Assembly: GCA_918797485.1 (NCBI GenBank)
Contig: CAKKNE010000001.1
Coordinates: 4,092,001-4,156,000 of the forward strand
DNA from: Pelagomonas calceolata
Lineage: Eukaryota
Length of the DNA: 64,000 bases
Direction: 5' to 3'
The stretch's first letter is position 1. Each line of letters opens with the position of its first letter. The position numbers and the translations under genes were made by a program. A model generated the notes under the pieces. That model worked only from the letters and a program-made list of their open reading frames with translations, searched no databases and was not told where the DNA came from. Positions 1 through 9,700 of this stretch are shown here, piece after piece.

Positions 1-314
1 AAGTCCTCGGTGTAGTTCTGACCGCGACTGCACGAGTATGTTGTTGCTAGGAGACGAGTCGTGCCGAAGCCGCGCGCCGCGAGTTGTTCGATAAATGCCT
101 TGTGCGACGCGAAGACTTCGCGCTGCCGCGCGTACGAACTTGGGCAGCACGTGTGAATCGTCGCTTGACCGGCGCCGTTGCGGAAGCTCTCGCCGCGCAG
201 CGCGAGGATGACATTGGCCCGCTGCGGGCGGCGCGCTTGCATTTCTTTGCAGTAGTCGGAGACGTTCTGGCTGACGCCATCGACGAGGGGCAGCAGCAAC
301 CACAGGGGCAGCAT
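1..314 (-). CDS. Putative secreted protein, 5' part only (runs off the window start)
   Basis: Hand translation from ATG 314: MLPLWLLLPLVDGVSQNVSDYCKEMQARRPQRANVILALRGESFRNG...QNYTED, open to the window edge; hydrophobic signal-peptide-like N-terminus. Missing from the ORF track because it has no stop in the window. Confidence 0.6.
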   Translation of the reverse strand, partial: MLPLWLLLPLVDGVSQNVSDYCKEMQARRPQRANVILALRGESFRNGAGQATIHTCCPSSYARQREVFASHKAFIEQLAARGFGTTRLLATTYSCSRGQNYTED

Positions 315-415
315 CACTGTCCGAGGAACCAGAAAGGTAATAAAACAACCACCAAAATTAGCAGGTCAGCAAGCGTTTCGCACCAGTGGCGCCGAACCTT
401 GGGCAGCTCGTTCAT
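314..415 (-). CDS. 33-aa single-TM micropeptide ORF (MNELPKVRRHWCETLADLLILVVVLLPFWFLGQ)
   Basis: Hand translation; ATG overlaps the TGA of the upstream ORF at 415 and its own TGA overlaps the next ATG at 314; similar to the 46-aa ORF upstream. Confidence 0.4.
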   Translation of the reverse strand: MNELPKVRRHWCETLADLLILVVVLLPFWFLGQ

Positions 416-555
416 CACTGCCCACCAATTGTCCACCAGCAATACAGCACGCCTACCACAACCAGAGCCAACAGGCCTGCCCCGTCGACGCGGCTCCAGC
501 GGCGTCGGACGTTGGGCAGCTTGATGCGTAGCAGCTTATCTTGCCGTGAGGGCAT
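415..555 (-). CDS. 46-aa single-TM micropeptide ORF (MPSRQDKLLRIKLPNVRRRWSRVDGAGLLALVVVGVLYCWWTIGGQ)
   Basis: Hand translation from ATG 555; basic N-terminus plus hydrophobic helix; shares LPxVRRxW...GQ-stop with the next ORF. Confidence 0.4.
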   Translation of the reverse strand: MPSRQDKLLRIKLPNVRRRWSRVDGAGLLALVVVGVLYCWWTIGGQ

Positions 556-650
556 CGGATCGCGCGTTATGGCAGAAATAATTTCACACCCCGATCACCC
601 CGCACGAGACGCCATCGACGCACCCCCTACAGATAAGAAATCACACACTA

Positions 651-1883
651 CTACGTTAGGAAATTCGAGCCCAAGAGGGCTCGCGCCGTCAGCAGCCCCG
701 GCGTCGCCCGCCTTCTATCGTTCGCGCCGAGCGCCGTGCCGAGAAACGCCCAACCATCGGAAGTGTCCAGTAATCGGACGACGCCGTCCCAGGCCTCCTC
801 GTTCGCGCAGTAGTCTCTCAGTTTCAAAATGTCGCAGTCGAAGATGTCGTCGTACAAGCGTTTTAAGGAGTCGCCGTCGCTGACGGGTGGTAATGGGCCG
901 GCATAATCCTCAGGATACAGCGCGGGCGACAGCAACAGCTCCAACAGCACGTAGCCCAGCGAATTGAGGTCGTCGTTCATGTTCGCCACGCTTGCCGAAT
1001 CCGAGAAGCCGAGGAACTGGAGCCTCACGCGCGATAACGGCGCGTTCTTCGGGACGACGTTTTTGTCCATGCCACTCGAGTCGAGCACGAAGGCCGCGCC
1101 CGACAGGCCCCGGTGGGCGACGCCGGCTTCATGCAAATCCGCGACGCACGCGACGGCGTTCTTTATCGCTCTGAGTACGAACTTTTCCCTTTGGGGATAG
1201 GTCCACCGTTCTCCAACAGCTCTTGAACCAAAGATGCCCCCACCAAAGGGCCTCGGCGGCTCCGCATAAAAGGGGTTCTGCGGGCCCGGTGGTGATGTTA
1301 ATGACGCGAAGGTGCAGGTGCCCGCCCACTCGTAGACCAACCACCTACTATCGGGTTGCGGCGGCTCGCACCGGAGGTTCGCCACCCAGGCCTCGATGAA
1401 TGAATCGTCCAGGACCGCATCCGACGAGAAGAAGCCGTCCTCCGAGTCGTCGAGTGTGCCCAGCAGCTGGCAGACGCTTTTTTTTGGTAAATCGCGGTCG
1501 CGGAACGCGTCGAGCTCCTGGCGCGCCACTTTCGACGCTTTCAACGAGTACTCGCGCACGCAGCACCTTAAATCTTCCCCTCGCGCCCGCGCCGTCGGGT
1601 CCTCCCGCGTCGCGAGGAAGAGTCTTAGTGGTGCACTACCAACTCCGGCGTCGGATTTTGTTCGAGCTGGCTGCGCCGGATCTAATGGATTCACGCCCTC
1701 TCCCGAATATTCCCAGTCCGTGACCTCCGTCACGGAGACCTGGCCCAGGAAGCGTTCGAGCGTGAGGTCCTGGGCGCGAAATTCTCGCATCGCTGCGAGG
1801 CGCGTCGTACGTCGTCGAGCGGTGGTCGGCGCGAGGTAGGCCGTCGCGGCGGCCACGCATAGTGATAGGCAGAGTGGCTGCAT
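651..1883 (-). CDS. Plastid-targeted protein kinase-like protein, probable pseudokinase (STN7/STN8-like)
   Basis: First ATG at 1883 (MQPLCLSLCVAAATAYLAP): signal peptide plus Arg/Thr-rich transit region; kinase-like segments WLVYEW, LHEAGVAHRGLSGAAFVL, DDLNSLGYVLLEL, GWAFLGTAL. Confidence 0.7.
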   Translation of the reverse strand: MQPLCLSLCVAAATAYLAPTTARRRTTRLAAMREFRAQDLTLERFLGQVSVTEVTDWEYSGEGVNPLDPAQPARTKSDAGVGSAPLRLFLATREDPTARARGEDLRCCVREYSLKASKVARQELDAFRDRDLPKKSVCQLLGTLDDSEDGFFSSDAVLDDSFIEAWVANLRCEPPQPDSRWLVYEWAGTCTFASLTSPPGPQNPFYAEPPRPFGGGIFGSRAVGERWTYPQREKFVLRAIKNAVACVADLHEAGVAHRGLSGAAFVLDSSGMDKNVVPKNAPLSRVRLQFLGFSDSASVANMNDDLNSLGYVLLELLLSPALYPEDYAGPLPPVSDGDSLKRLYDDIFDCDILKLRDYCANEEAWDGVVRLLDTSDGWAFLGTALGANDRRRATPGLLTARALLGSNFLT

Positions 1884-2093
1884 TGTGCTGGGCCGCTTGC
1901 AAGTACTGCAGCGATGCGAATTCGTGCTTAGCGGTGCCCTGCACTTGTCGCAGAGCCCAAACCTAACCGCGAACGAGTTCTGTCTGTCCAACTTGGCTGC
2001 GCTCGGCGGCGCGAGCTGGCAGCTCCCAGCTTTGCATGGGCCTCCGGCTGCGCGCGGCCCGGAGCAGGGGAAGTCTATACATAAGCTTAGGCT

Positions 2094-2639
2094 CTAAAGG
2101 TTCCCCTCGGTGGGAATCCCGTCGGGGATGTAGATCTGGATGCCGTCGAGCTCCTTCGTCAGCGGCAGTTGCGAGCCGAGGCGCGACACCGACGTGATGT
2201 CGTCGTCGTCCCAGTAGTTGCGCAGCAGCTCGAGCTCCCAGGCGCCCCGCGGCGGCAGCTTCGCCGCCCAGGCCGGCGGGACCTTGACGTGGTCGTAACC
2301 GAGCGACGCGCCCTCCCCAAATAAATCCTCGGTCCAGACGTCGGAATTGACCCTTTCCACAACTCCGGCCACGGCCGTCGGCCCGATGTCGATGCCGTGG
2401 AGCTCGGCGACCTCGGACACCGTCATGCCCACGCGGCCGGGCACGACGGCCCGCGAGCCCTCGTGGTCCACGAAGGTGATGTGCACAGTCACGTCGGCTA
2501 CTTGCGGGGCTGGTGCCGCTTTGGCCGGCGTGGTGCTCAAGAAGTTGGCGCGTGGCCTCGCGGCGCGCGGCGCGGCGGCGCGCGGCGCTGCGGCTGGTCT
2601 TGCGGTGCTGAGGGCTCGTCGGAGCGCGCGGGCGGCCAT
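2094..2639 (-). CDS. Mitochondrial ferredoxin-fold protein lacking Fe-S cysteines (complex I ferredoxin C1-FDX/NDUFX-like)
   Basis: Arg/Ala-rich presequence from ATG 2639; adrenodoxin-like VHITFVDHEG, HVKVPPAWAAKLPP, SRLGSQLPLTKELDGI; no Cys in the protein. Confidence 0.7.
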   Translation of the reverse strand: MAARALRRALSTARPAAAPRAAAPRAARPRANFLSTTPAKAAPAPQVADVTVHITFVDHEGSRAVVPGRVGMTVSEVAELHGIDIGPTAVAGVVERVNSDVWTEDLFGEGASLGYDHVKVPPAWAAKLPPRGAWELELLRNYWDDDDITSVSRLGSQLPLTKELDGIQIYIPDGIPTEGNL

Positions 2640-3003
2640 TTTTTGGGCTGTGTCCCCAGCGCTGCAGCTCGGGGACGTAAAACTAGAGAATTTTCCAGCC
2701 CGCCTCTTCGAGCGCGGGCAAAAACACAGTACAAAGCACGCCTTCACTGAAAGCTAGTGTGTCGCTACGCTAGGTAGCTCTGGCAAGCGGACGCGCGCAC
2801 GGCGTCGCTGTTACTCATACGTTGTCTGACTTGTGTTCTCTGAGAGCCCTCGCTACCAGCCAGCACGGGCTTGCAACGGCGCGCGGCTGCGTGACGGCCT
2901 AGGAGCAGAGCTCTGTTCCAAGGCGGCAGCTCGCTGCATCCGCGACGCCGTCGCCGCGCCGAAAAAACAGCGCTACCCCGTAACAGGCCGCAAAAAAAGT
3001 AAC

Positions 3004-5784
3004 ATGTCAGCAGCACCAGGCACCGCGCGCGGCGGCGACCTCGCCAACCCTAGACAAGACGCGACGCTCATGGTCGAGGGCGGCGCGGGCGAGATGCGCG
3101 CGATCACGCGCGCCGACACCTATGAGATCAAAGCGCCGCCGCCGCCGGACCCCGACGCGCAGCACCGCATGTCTATAAAAGCGCCGCAAGTCGTCAAGAC
3201 CATTGAGAGTCTGAGGAACAAGGGCGAGGGGCGGCGCTTTGAGCCCGACGTGACGCGGAACCCCTACGCGCCCAAGACCTGGGTGTCGTATCTCGCGGCG
3301 ACGCGCGACGACTTCTCCTTCGCTGAGAGGAGATTGATCTATGAACGAGCCTTGCAGTTACTCCCGCGGTCGTATAAGCTGTGGCGTTTGTACCTAGATG
3401 AGGTCGAGGAGGCGGTGCGAGACCGATGGCACACTTCAGGACGGGCCAAAGTATTAGTATTGTTATACGAGCGCTGCCTCATGCACCTGTCGAAGATGCC
3501 GCGACTGTGGTTGGAGTATGTTGATGTACTAGAAAAAATGAAAAAAGGCACGCAATTGCGCCACGCGTTTGATCGAGCTCTGCGAGCCTTACCGATCACG
3601 CAGCACGACAAGGTCTGGCCGCGGTATGTGCAGTGGGCCGAATCATGCGGTATCCAACAAGTCGCGCTCAATGCCCACACAAGAAGGTGCATGTTCGAAC
3701 CTCAGAGAAGAGAAGCCTTCTGCGACTATTTAGTAGCACAAAACAATCACGGTAAAGCAGCGGCAGAGCTCGCCAAGTGCCTCGAGGACAACGACTTCGT
3801 CTCACCGTCGGGCAAGAGCAAGCACCAGCTCTGGATGCGGCTCTGTGATTTGTGTGCGGCGCATCCGGAAGAGCTACCGTCGTCGTTGGACGTCGATCAG
3901 ATCATCAGGAGCGGACTTAGTAGATTCAGAGATGAAGTGGGAAGACTATGGTGCAAGCTCGCGGACTACTACATTCGCCTGGGACGCTTCGAGGAGGCTC
4001 GGAACGTTTACGAGGAAGCTGTCACGACGGTAGTCACGGCTCGGGACTTTGGGTTGGTGTTTGACGCTTATAGTAGGTTCGAGGAGTCGGTTCTCGAAGC
4101 AAAAATGGCCAAGTTGGAAGAGGAACCGGAAGAAGAAGAGGCGGAGCGGAACGTCTATGAACCGACGGCCCAGGAGGAGATCGACTTTCGACTAGCTAGG
4201 CTCGAGCATCTCATGGAAAGAAGGCCTCTGTTACTCTCGTCAGTACTATTGAGGCAGAACCCCCATTCTGTAAGTGAGTGGCACGCTCGTGCTGACATCT
4301 GTAAGGATGACCCCGCGAAGGCTATCGAGTGCTACAGTGACGCCGTGAAGACGGTAGACGTCTACAAAGCTACTGGTAAACCACATACGCTGTGGACCGC
4401 ATTTGCTTCGTACTACGCTTCCCGAAATGATCTAGCCAATGCGAGAGTTGTGTTAGAGCGAGCTGTAGAGCAAGATTTCCGAACGGTCGACGACTTGGCT
4501 TCTATTTACTGTTTCTGGGTCGAGATGGAGCTCCAACGGGAGCATCACGAGGAGGCCCTTGCGGTTGCGAGGAAAGCGGTCTTGGAGCCTCAACGACGGC
4601 GTAGGTTGCATAAGGAGCAGATTCCAGTGCAAGAAAAAGTTCATCGGTCCTCAAAATTATGGTCCCTATACCTCGACTTGGAAGAATCATTAGGCACACT
4701 CGACAGCGCACGGGCGGCCTACGACCGCTGTTTAGAATTGAAAGTAGCGACGCCGCAAATCGTGGCCAACTACGCGAGCATGCTCGAGGAAAAAGAATAT
4801 TACGAAGACGCCTTCGGCGCGTACGAGCGGGGCGTCGCACTTTTTCACTGGCCCCATGTTAGGGAATTGTGGTTCGGCTATTTAACGGCGTTCCATGCGC
4901 GGTATGGCGGCACGAAATTGGAGAGGTCTAGGGACTTGTACGAGCAGGCTCTCCGGAAGGCTCCTCCGTCTGATGCTGCTACTTTATTGGTTGATTATGC
5001 GAAGCTCGAGGAAGCCCACGGCTTGGGCAGACGGGCCATGGCCGTCTACGAACGCGCAGCCCTCGCCGCGGACGATGAAAGAGCGTTTGGCGCCTGGCGG
5101 CTTTATGCGGCGAAAGTGGAACGGGCTTATGGTGCTCCCAAAGCTAGGGGCGTGTATGAACGGGCCGTCAAAGCGCTGAATGTGGATGATGATGCCAAAA
5201 AGATGTGCCTGGCCTTCGCTTCTTTGGAGCGAGGCTTGGGGGAAGTCGACCGCGCACGAGCGATTTTAGCACATGGTGCGCAGTTCGCCGATCCTAGGTT
5301 AGACGACCACTACTGGCAGACGTGGCGCGACTTCGAGGTGCAGCACGGCAACGAGGACACGTTCCGGGAGATGTTGCGGGTGAAGCGGTCCGTCGAGACG
5401 GCTCGAAGTTCCGCAGTTTATGTGGCGGACGGGTTACTCAAAACGGACGCCCCGCTCATGTCCGACGCCGAAGCCGAGCGAAGGATGGCCGGCGACCAGC
5501 CCGCGTCGAAGAAGCGGAGTGCGGACGAGGGCGGCGCCGCCGAGACCGAGATGGCGGCGCTGGAACGGCAAGCGGCGCGCATCGTCGAGGCCACTTCCCA
5601 GAAAGCGCCGGCGGCGGACCCGAACGAGATCGACCTGGATGACGACGATTCGGACGACGACGGCGAGCAGGTGCTCTCGACGAAGCCCGTGCCGGCGGCG
5701 GTCTTCGGGAGCGCCGCGGCGCAGGCGGCGGAGATGTCGGAGCCGCAGGGGGCGTTGGCTCGCTTCCAGAAGAAGGCGTCATGA
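3004..5784 (+). CDS. SYF1: Pre-mRNA splicing factor SYF1/XAB2 (HAT repeats)
   Basis: RNPYAPKTW, LPRSYKLW, FDRALRALPITQH, VLLRQNPH, HGNEDTFREMLRVKRSV, C-terminal DPNEIDLDD and VPAAVFG; first ATG at 3004. Confidence 0.95.
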   Translation: MSAAPGTARGGDLANPRQDATLMVEGGAGEMRAITRADTYEIKAPPPPDPDAQHRMSIKAPQVVKTIESLRNKGEGRRFEPDVTRNPYAPKTWVSYLAATRDDFSFAERRLIYERALQLLPRSYKLWRLYLDEVEEAVRDRWHTSGRAKVLVLLYERCLMHLSKMPRLWLEYVDVLEKMKKGTQLRHAFDRALRALPITQHDKVWPRYVQWAESCGIQQVALNAHTRRCMFEPQRREAFCDYLVAQNNHGKAAAELAKCLEDNDFVSPSGKSKHQLWMRLCDLCAAHPEELPSSLDVDQIIRSGLSRFRDEVGRLWCKLADYYIRLGRFEEARNVYEEAVTTVVTARDFGLVFDAYSRFEESVLEAKMAKLEEEPEEEEAERNVYEPTAQEEIDFRLARLEHLMERRPLLLSSVLLRQNPHSVSEWHARADICKDDPAKAIECYSDAVKTVDVYKATGKPHTLWTAFASYYASRNDLANARVVLERAVEQDFRTVDDLASIYCFWVEMELQREHHEEALAVARKAVLEPQRRRRLHKEQIPVQEKVHRSSKLWSLYLDLEESLGTLDSARAAYDRCLELKVATPQIVANYASMLEEKEYYEDAFGAYERGVALFHWPHVRELWFGYLTAFHARYGGTKLERSRDLYEQALRKAPPSDAATLLVDYAKLEEAHGLGRRAMAVYERAALAADDERAFGAWRLYAAKVERAYGAPKARGVYERAVKALNVDDDAKKMCLAFASLERGLGEVDRARAILAHGAQFADPRLDDHYWQTWRDFEVQHGNEDTFREMLRVKRSVETARSSAVYVADGLLKTDAPLMSDAEAERRMAGDQPASKKRSADEGGAAETEMAALERQAARIVEATSQKAPAADPNEIDLDDDDSDDDGEQVLSTKPVPAAVFGSAAAQAAEMSEPQGALARFQKKAS

Positions 5785-5796
5785 ATAATCAACAAA

Positions 5797-6351
5797 CTAG
5801 CTTATGTCCTCCTCGCCGCAGCCGCAACTAATCGTCCCGCAGCCGATCGCCGTCATGAGCCCGAGCATGAACCCGTCGTCGGCGTTAGGCGCCGGGCGCT
5901 CGGGCAGCAACGAGTCCCGCAGCGTGTTTTCTCGTCTTCGCTCGCTCACGCGGTATTTGGGGACCGCGCGCCGCGGGTCGTACTCGTCGTCCAGCGACCG
6001 CGTCCGCCTTCTCAGCGGCGGGTCGTCGCCGTCGTTGACCCGCAACGCTGCCAGCCGCTTGTACGACGCGGCGACGCGCGACGCGGGGCTGCCTGCCCGC
6101 ACGGGCGGCGGAGGCGGCGGCGGCGTCGACGGGACGTGGTCGTGCTGCGCTCTTTCTATACAGGCGGGCGACTTGGACCGGCGGTCGCTCTCGTCGTCGG
6201 AGACGCACGTCGGCGGGCCGGCGTCGGCGTCGGGGCCGGGGCCGCCCCAGGCCGCTTCCCTTGTCTTTGGTTGTGCCTCCCTGCTCTTGGGGGCTGCCCC
6301 CGGCTTGCCCCGCTGGGGCGCCGGCGCGTTGGCCTCGGACAGGTGCCACAT
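5797..6351 (-). CDS. Hypothetical Pro-rich protein with Cys-rich C-terminus
   Basis: ORF convergent on SYF1 that fills the gap; ends GLMTAIGCGTISCGCGEEDIS; start uncertain (ATG 6351 chosen). Confidence 0.4.
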   Translation of the reverse strand: MWHLSEANAPAPQRGKPGAAPKSREAQPKTREAAWGGPGPDADAGPPTCVSDDESDRRSKSPACIERAQHDHVPSTPPPPPPPVRAGSPASRVAASYKRLAALRVNDGDDPPLRRRTRSLDDEYDPRRAVPKYRVSERRRENTLRDSLLPERPAPNADDGFMLGLMTAIGCGTISCGCGEEDIS

Positions 6352-6535
6352 GAGATCCTGGAGCCGGTCGTCCCGTCCCCTTGCGTTGGTGGGGGCAGTA
6401 GCAGGGCCGTCTGTCCTCGTCGGCGCTCCTCCTCTCCCTGGCGTGAGATCTTCGGGCCCCGGCAAAGCGCTCCGGCGGCATAATGGGCCGGTCAGAGGCG
6501 TCGGATTGCGTCTCTTCGTCTCCTTGCAAGCCCGC

Positions 6536-6558
6536 GCTAGCGGCATGTAAGACACTAG
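6536..6558. promoter_or_regulatory. CTAG-flanked promoter-region motif GCTAGCGGCATGTAAGACACTAG
   Basis: Identical 23-mer also at 17007-17029 and 18908-18930; about 175 bp upstream of the TARBP1 ATG. Confidence 0.65.
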
Positions 6559-6733
6559 GGATGCCTAGCAAGAGCAGCAGCAGTGCCAAGCAGCGCGGCT
6601 CTGCTCATTGCTGCGCAAACGCATTGATAAGCATCGATTTTGCACACAGCACGTCAGCGCAGCACAATTCGAGCGCTATCAGCAACCTTCGCACCTCCAG
6701 CATCAAATGCCATACATGCCTGCAGCATAAAAC

Positions 6734-9700
6734 ATGTCGCTGAGAGCGCGCACCGACGCGCTGATTGCTGCGGTAGACATCCGGCGGACGACGACGATCA
6801 AGGGCGACGTGCGCGCGCTCGCCGCGGCGCTGGGCGTGCCGTTCAACGGCGTGGCGACGACGCTCGCGGCGCTCGAGGCCGAGTGCCTGGCTGCTCCCGC
6901 GCCGGCGCCGGCGCCGGCACCAGTGGCGTCCGACACGCTGAGCGCCGGCGTGGCCGCGAGCATTCTCAATAAAACAGTCCTGCCGGATTCGCTCACTGAC
7001 ACGCAGCACACGCAAGTGAGATTCTCCATCGCCCGGGCACTCGCAGTCAACCTCGACGTGCCCGTGGCGCTCCTGGCCGACGACACACCAAGGCATGCGC
7101 AGCTCCGCTGGGCGGTTCTGAGGGGGACTGCTCAGCTACAGCTAGAAGGAGATGACATCGACGAGGCTACGGTGGCCGCGGCGACGGCCGCGGCGACGGC
7201 ATGCGCGGCCGCGGCGCGGGACGGCGACGCCGATGCGGCTTTTTGCGTGCGAGAGCTCGCGAAGATCGGCGGCCCCATCGCGAACTTCATCGTTTCTGAG
7301 TCCGCCAAGGCGGTGCTCGAAGGCGACGAGGAGGGCGCGTTGGCGGTCATCGCGGATGCGGCGGACGCGTCAAACGAGGATTCGTTAAAGATTTCGCTGG
7401 GCGCCTGCGCGGAACTGCTCGCGCCCGGCGGCGGCGAAGTTGCCGATCGGCGCAGAGCCGTGCTACGGGTCGTGCCGGCGTTGGCGGCGCGCGCGCCGAT
7501 CCCAGACAAGAATCAGGAGAGCTTAATGCGCGCATGGCGCGCGGTCGCGGACGCGTGCACGCGCCACGCGACGGCGACAGTCGGCGCCCCCGAGCGCGGC
7601 GTCGCGCCCGCCGACGCTTTGCAGTGCTGGGCGGCGGCGTTCGAGCATTTTTCGGCGAGCGGCGCTGCGTTTCCGTCTGCCGCTGTCGAGCGCGCGCTCG
7701 TCGAACGCGCCGACGACGACGCGCCGCTGCTGCGCCGCCGCGCGCTTGCGGTCCTCGAACTCATTGTCGACACGGCCTCGAAACAGGGTTCCGACGAGGC
7801 CCAAAAAGAAGCGACTGGGCAGCTGCGGCGCTGGCTCACCGCGGCGTCCGCGGCCGAGTACGAGAGCGGCCACCACCTCGTCGCCGCGGCGGCCGACGCG
7901 TTCTTTGATATTAGAACAACGCCTGTGCTCGAGGCGAAGTGGCTCCACGCCCTCGCGCGGCGCCTGCTGCGGCACCGGAACCCCGCGGCGCGCAAGGCGT
8001 TCCTGCAGCGGCTCCTCGACCACGCGGCGCCGGCCGAGGTCGCCGACTGGCCCCTCGTCCGCGACGCCGTGCTCCCGGCGCTCGACGACAACGAGCTGCG
8101 GAAGAGCCGCGACGTGGCGCGGCGCTGCGACGCGGCGGCCGTCAACTTCGTCGCGCGCTTCTACCAAGCGGCGCCTACCGAGACGCGTGCCGCCGTCGTC
8201 GCCTACGCGCTGCGCGGCGGCGGCCGGCCCCGCGCGCGCGCGGCGCTCCTCGGGCCCTTCGAGGACGTCAAGTTCGCGGCGCTGCCGGGCCCGCGTATAC
8301 AAGACGACGACGTCGCAGCGGCGGCGGCGGCACTCGAAACCGCCGGAAACGATGCGGCGACGCACGCGCTCGCGATCGCCGTCGTGCCGCTCGTCTGCTG
8401 CCAGGACGCCGCGGCGGCGCCGGCGACGGCAGCCGCGTTCGCCGCCGCGTGTACGCGCGCGGTTGCCGAAGAGGAGGCCCTCGACGAGCGGCTCGCTACT
8501 TGGTTAGCGTCACGCGTGCCCGGCGCGGGCGCCATCGACGACGCGCGGGCGGCCGCGGCCGTCGCGGCGGTGACGTTGCGACCTTCAGACGTCGATTCCG
8601 TGTTCAAGCGCCATCGTCTCAAAGGCCTCCGGTGGCTCGTTACCGATGCCCGCGGCAACCGGCGGCGGTCCACGGGGGTCTGGGCCGCGGCCTCCATGGG
8701 TATCAGAGCCCGCGAGTGGTTAATAGAGGCTCTGCTCTCCACCGCAAAATCCAGAGAACTCTCAGAGGAAGAGGGTGCGGCGCTCGTTGAAGACGCAATT
8801 GCGGTTTTGGGCGGCGTTCCGGCTCTTTGGTGTGGACGCGGCGGGTCGCAGTCGGAAACTTGGCGCGCAAGCACCATGGCCTCCTCGGCAGCCCTCGCGG
8901 ATGAGCTGTCCGGTGGCTGTTTGTCGGATCCAGTGCTCGGGCTCGCGTTTATTCGCGCGGGAGTTGGCTGCCTCTCCCGCGAACAATTGGAGGCAATTGG
9001 CGTCCCGAAGCTCCTGAAGGCGGCGGGGGCGGCGGAGAAAGTGACAGGAGCCGAGGCGCAGGCCGCCCGGACCGATCGCTGGCGACTGACGGCGACGCTG
9101 CTCGACGCCGGCGCGCTGGCGGCGGGCGACCTCGACCACGAGACCGTCCTCGACGCGCTGGAAGCCTGCGACGCGTCCGTCGCCGGGGTCGCGGCGGTGC
9201 TCCGCGTCGCGGTGGCGGTCATCTCGGCCGCGCCGCCGGCCGCCGCGGCGCGCGCGGCCGACCGCGCCGCGGCGGCCTTCCTCGACTGCGCAAAGCTCGG
9301 TTCGCCGGAGCTCTGCGCCTGCGTCGCGTTCCGCGTCGTGACGCCGCTCGTCGAGCGCGCCCTGAACGACCCGAGCGCCCGAGATCTGGGAGCGACGGCC
9401 GCGGACGTCTGCGCGCGACTCTTGGAGAAAACGGCGAATCCCGTCGCGCGGCGGCCGGCGCTCGCGCGCGCGCTGGCGCACGCCCTGTGCGCCGGGGCGC
9501 GGAACGCCGCGTGCGACGACGCCCAGGCCGCCGTCTTCGGGCCGCTGGCGGCGGCGCTCTGTCTGGACCGGGACGACGAGGCCGCCGACGCGCCCGCAGC
9601 CGTCCCCGATAAGGGCACGGCGCCGGATCCCACGTCGCCGGAGCGGACCTGCTTCGACCTCTGCGCGAAGGACCACGTCGGGCCGTCGCTCGCGCGGCTC

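Noticed and set aside
2833..3003. Upstream GTG/TTG starts given by the ORF track for several genes
   Set aside because: Eukaryotic locus; the first in-frame ATGs in A/C-rich context match the expected N-termini.
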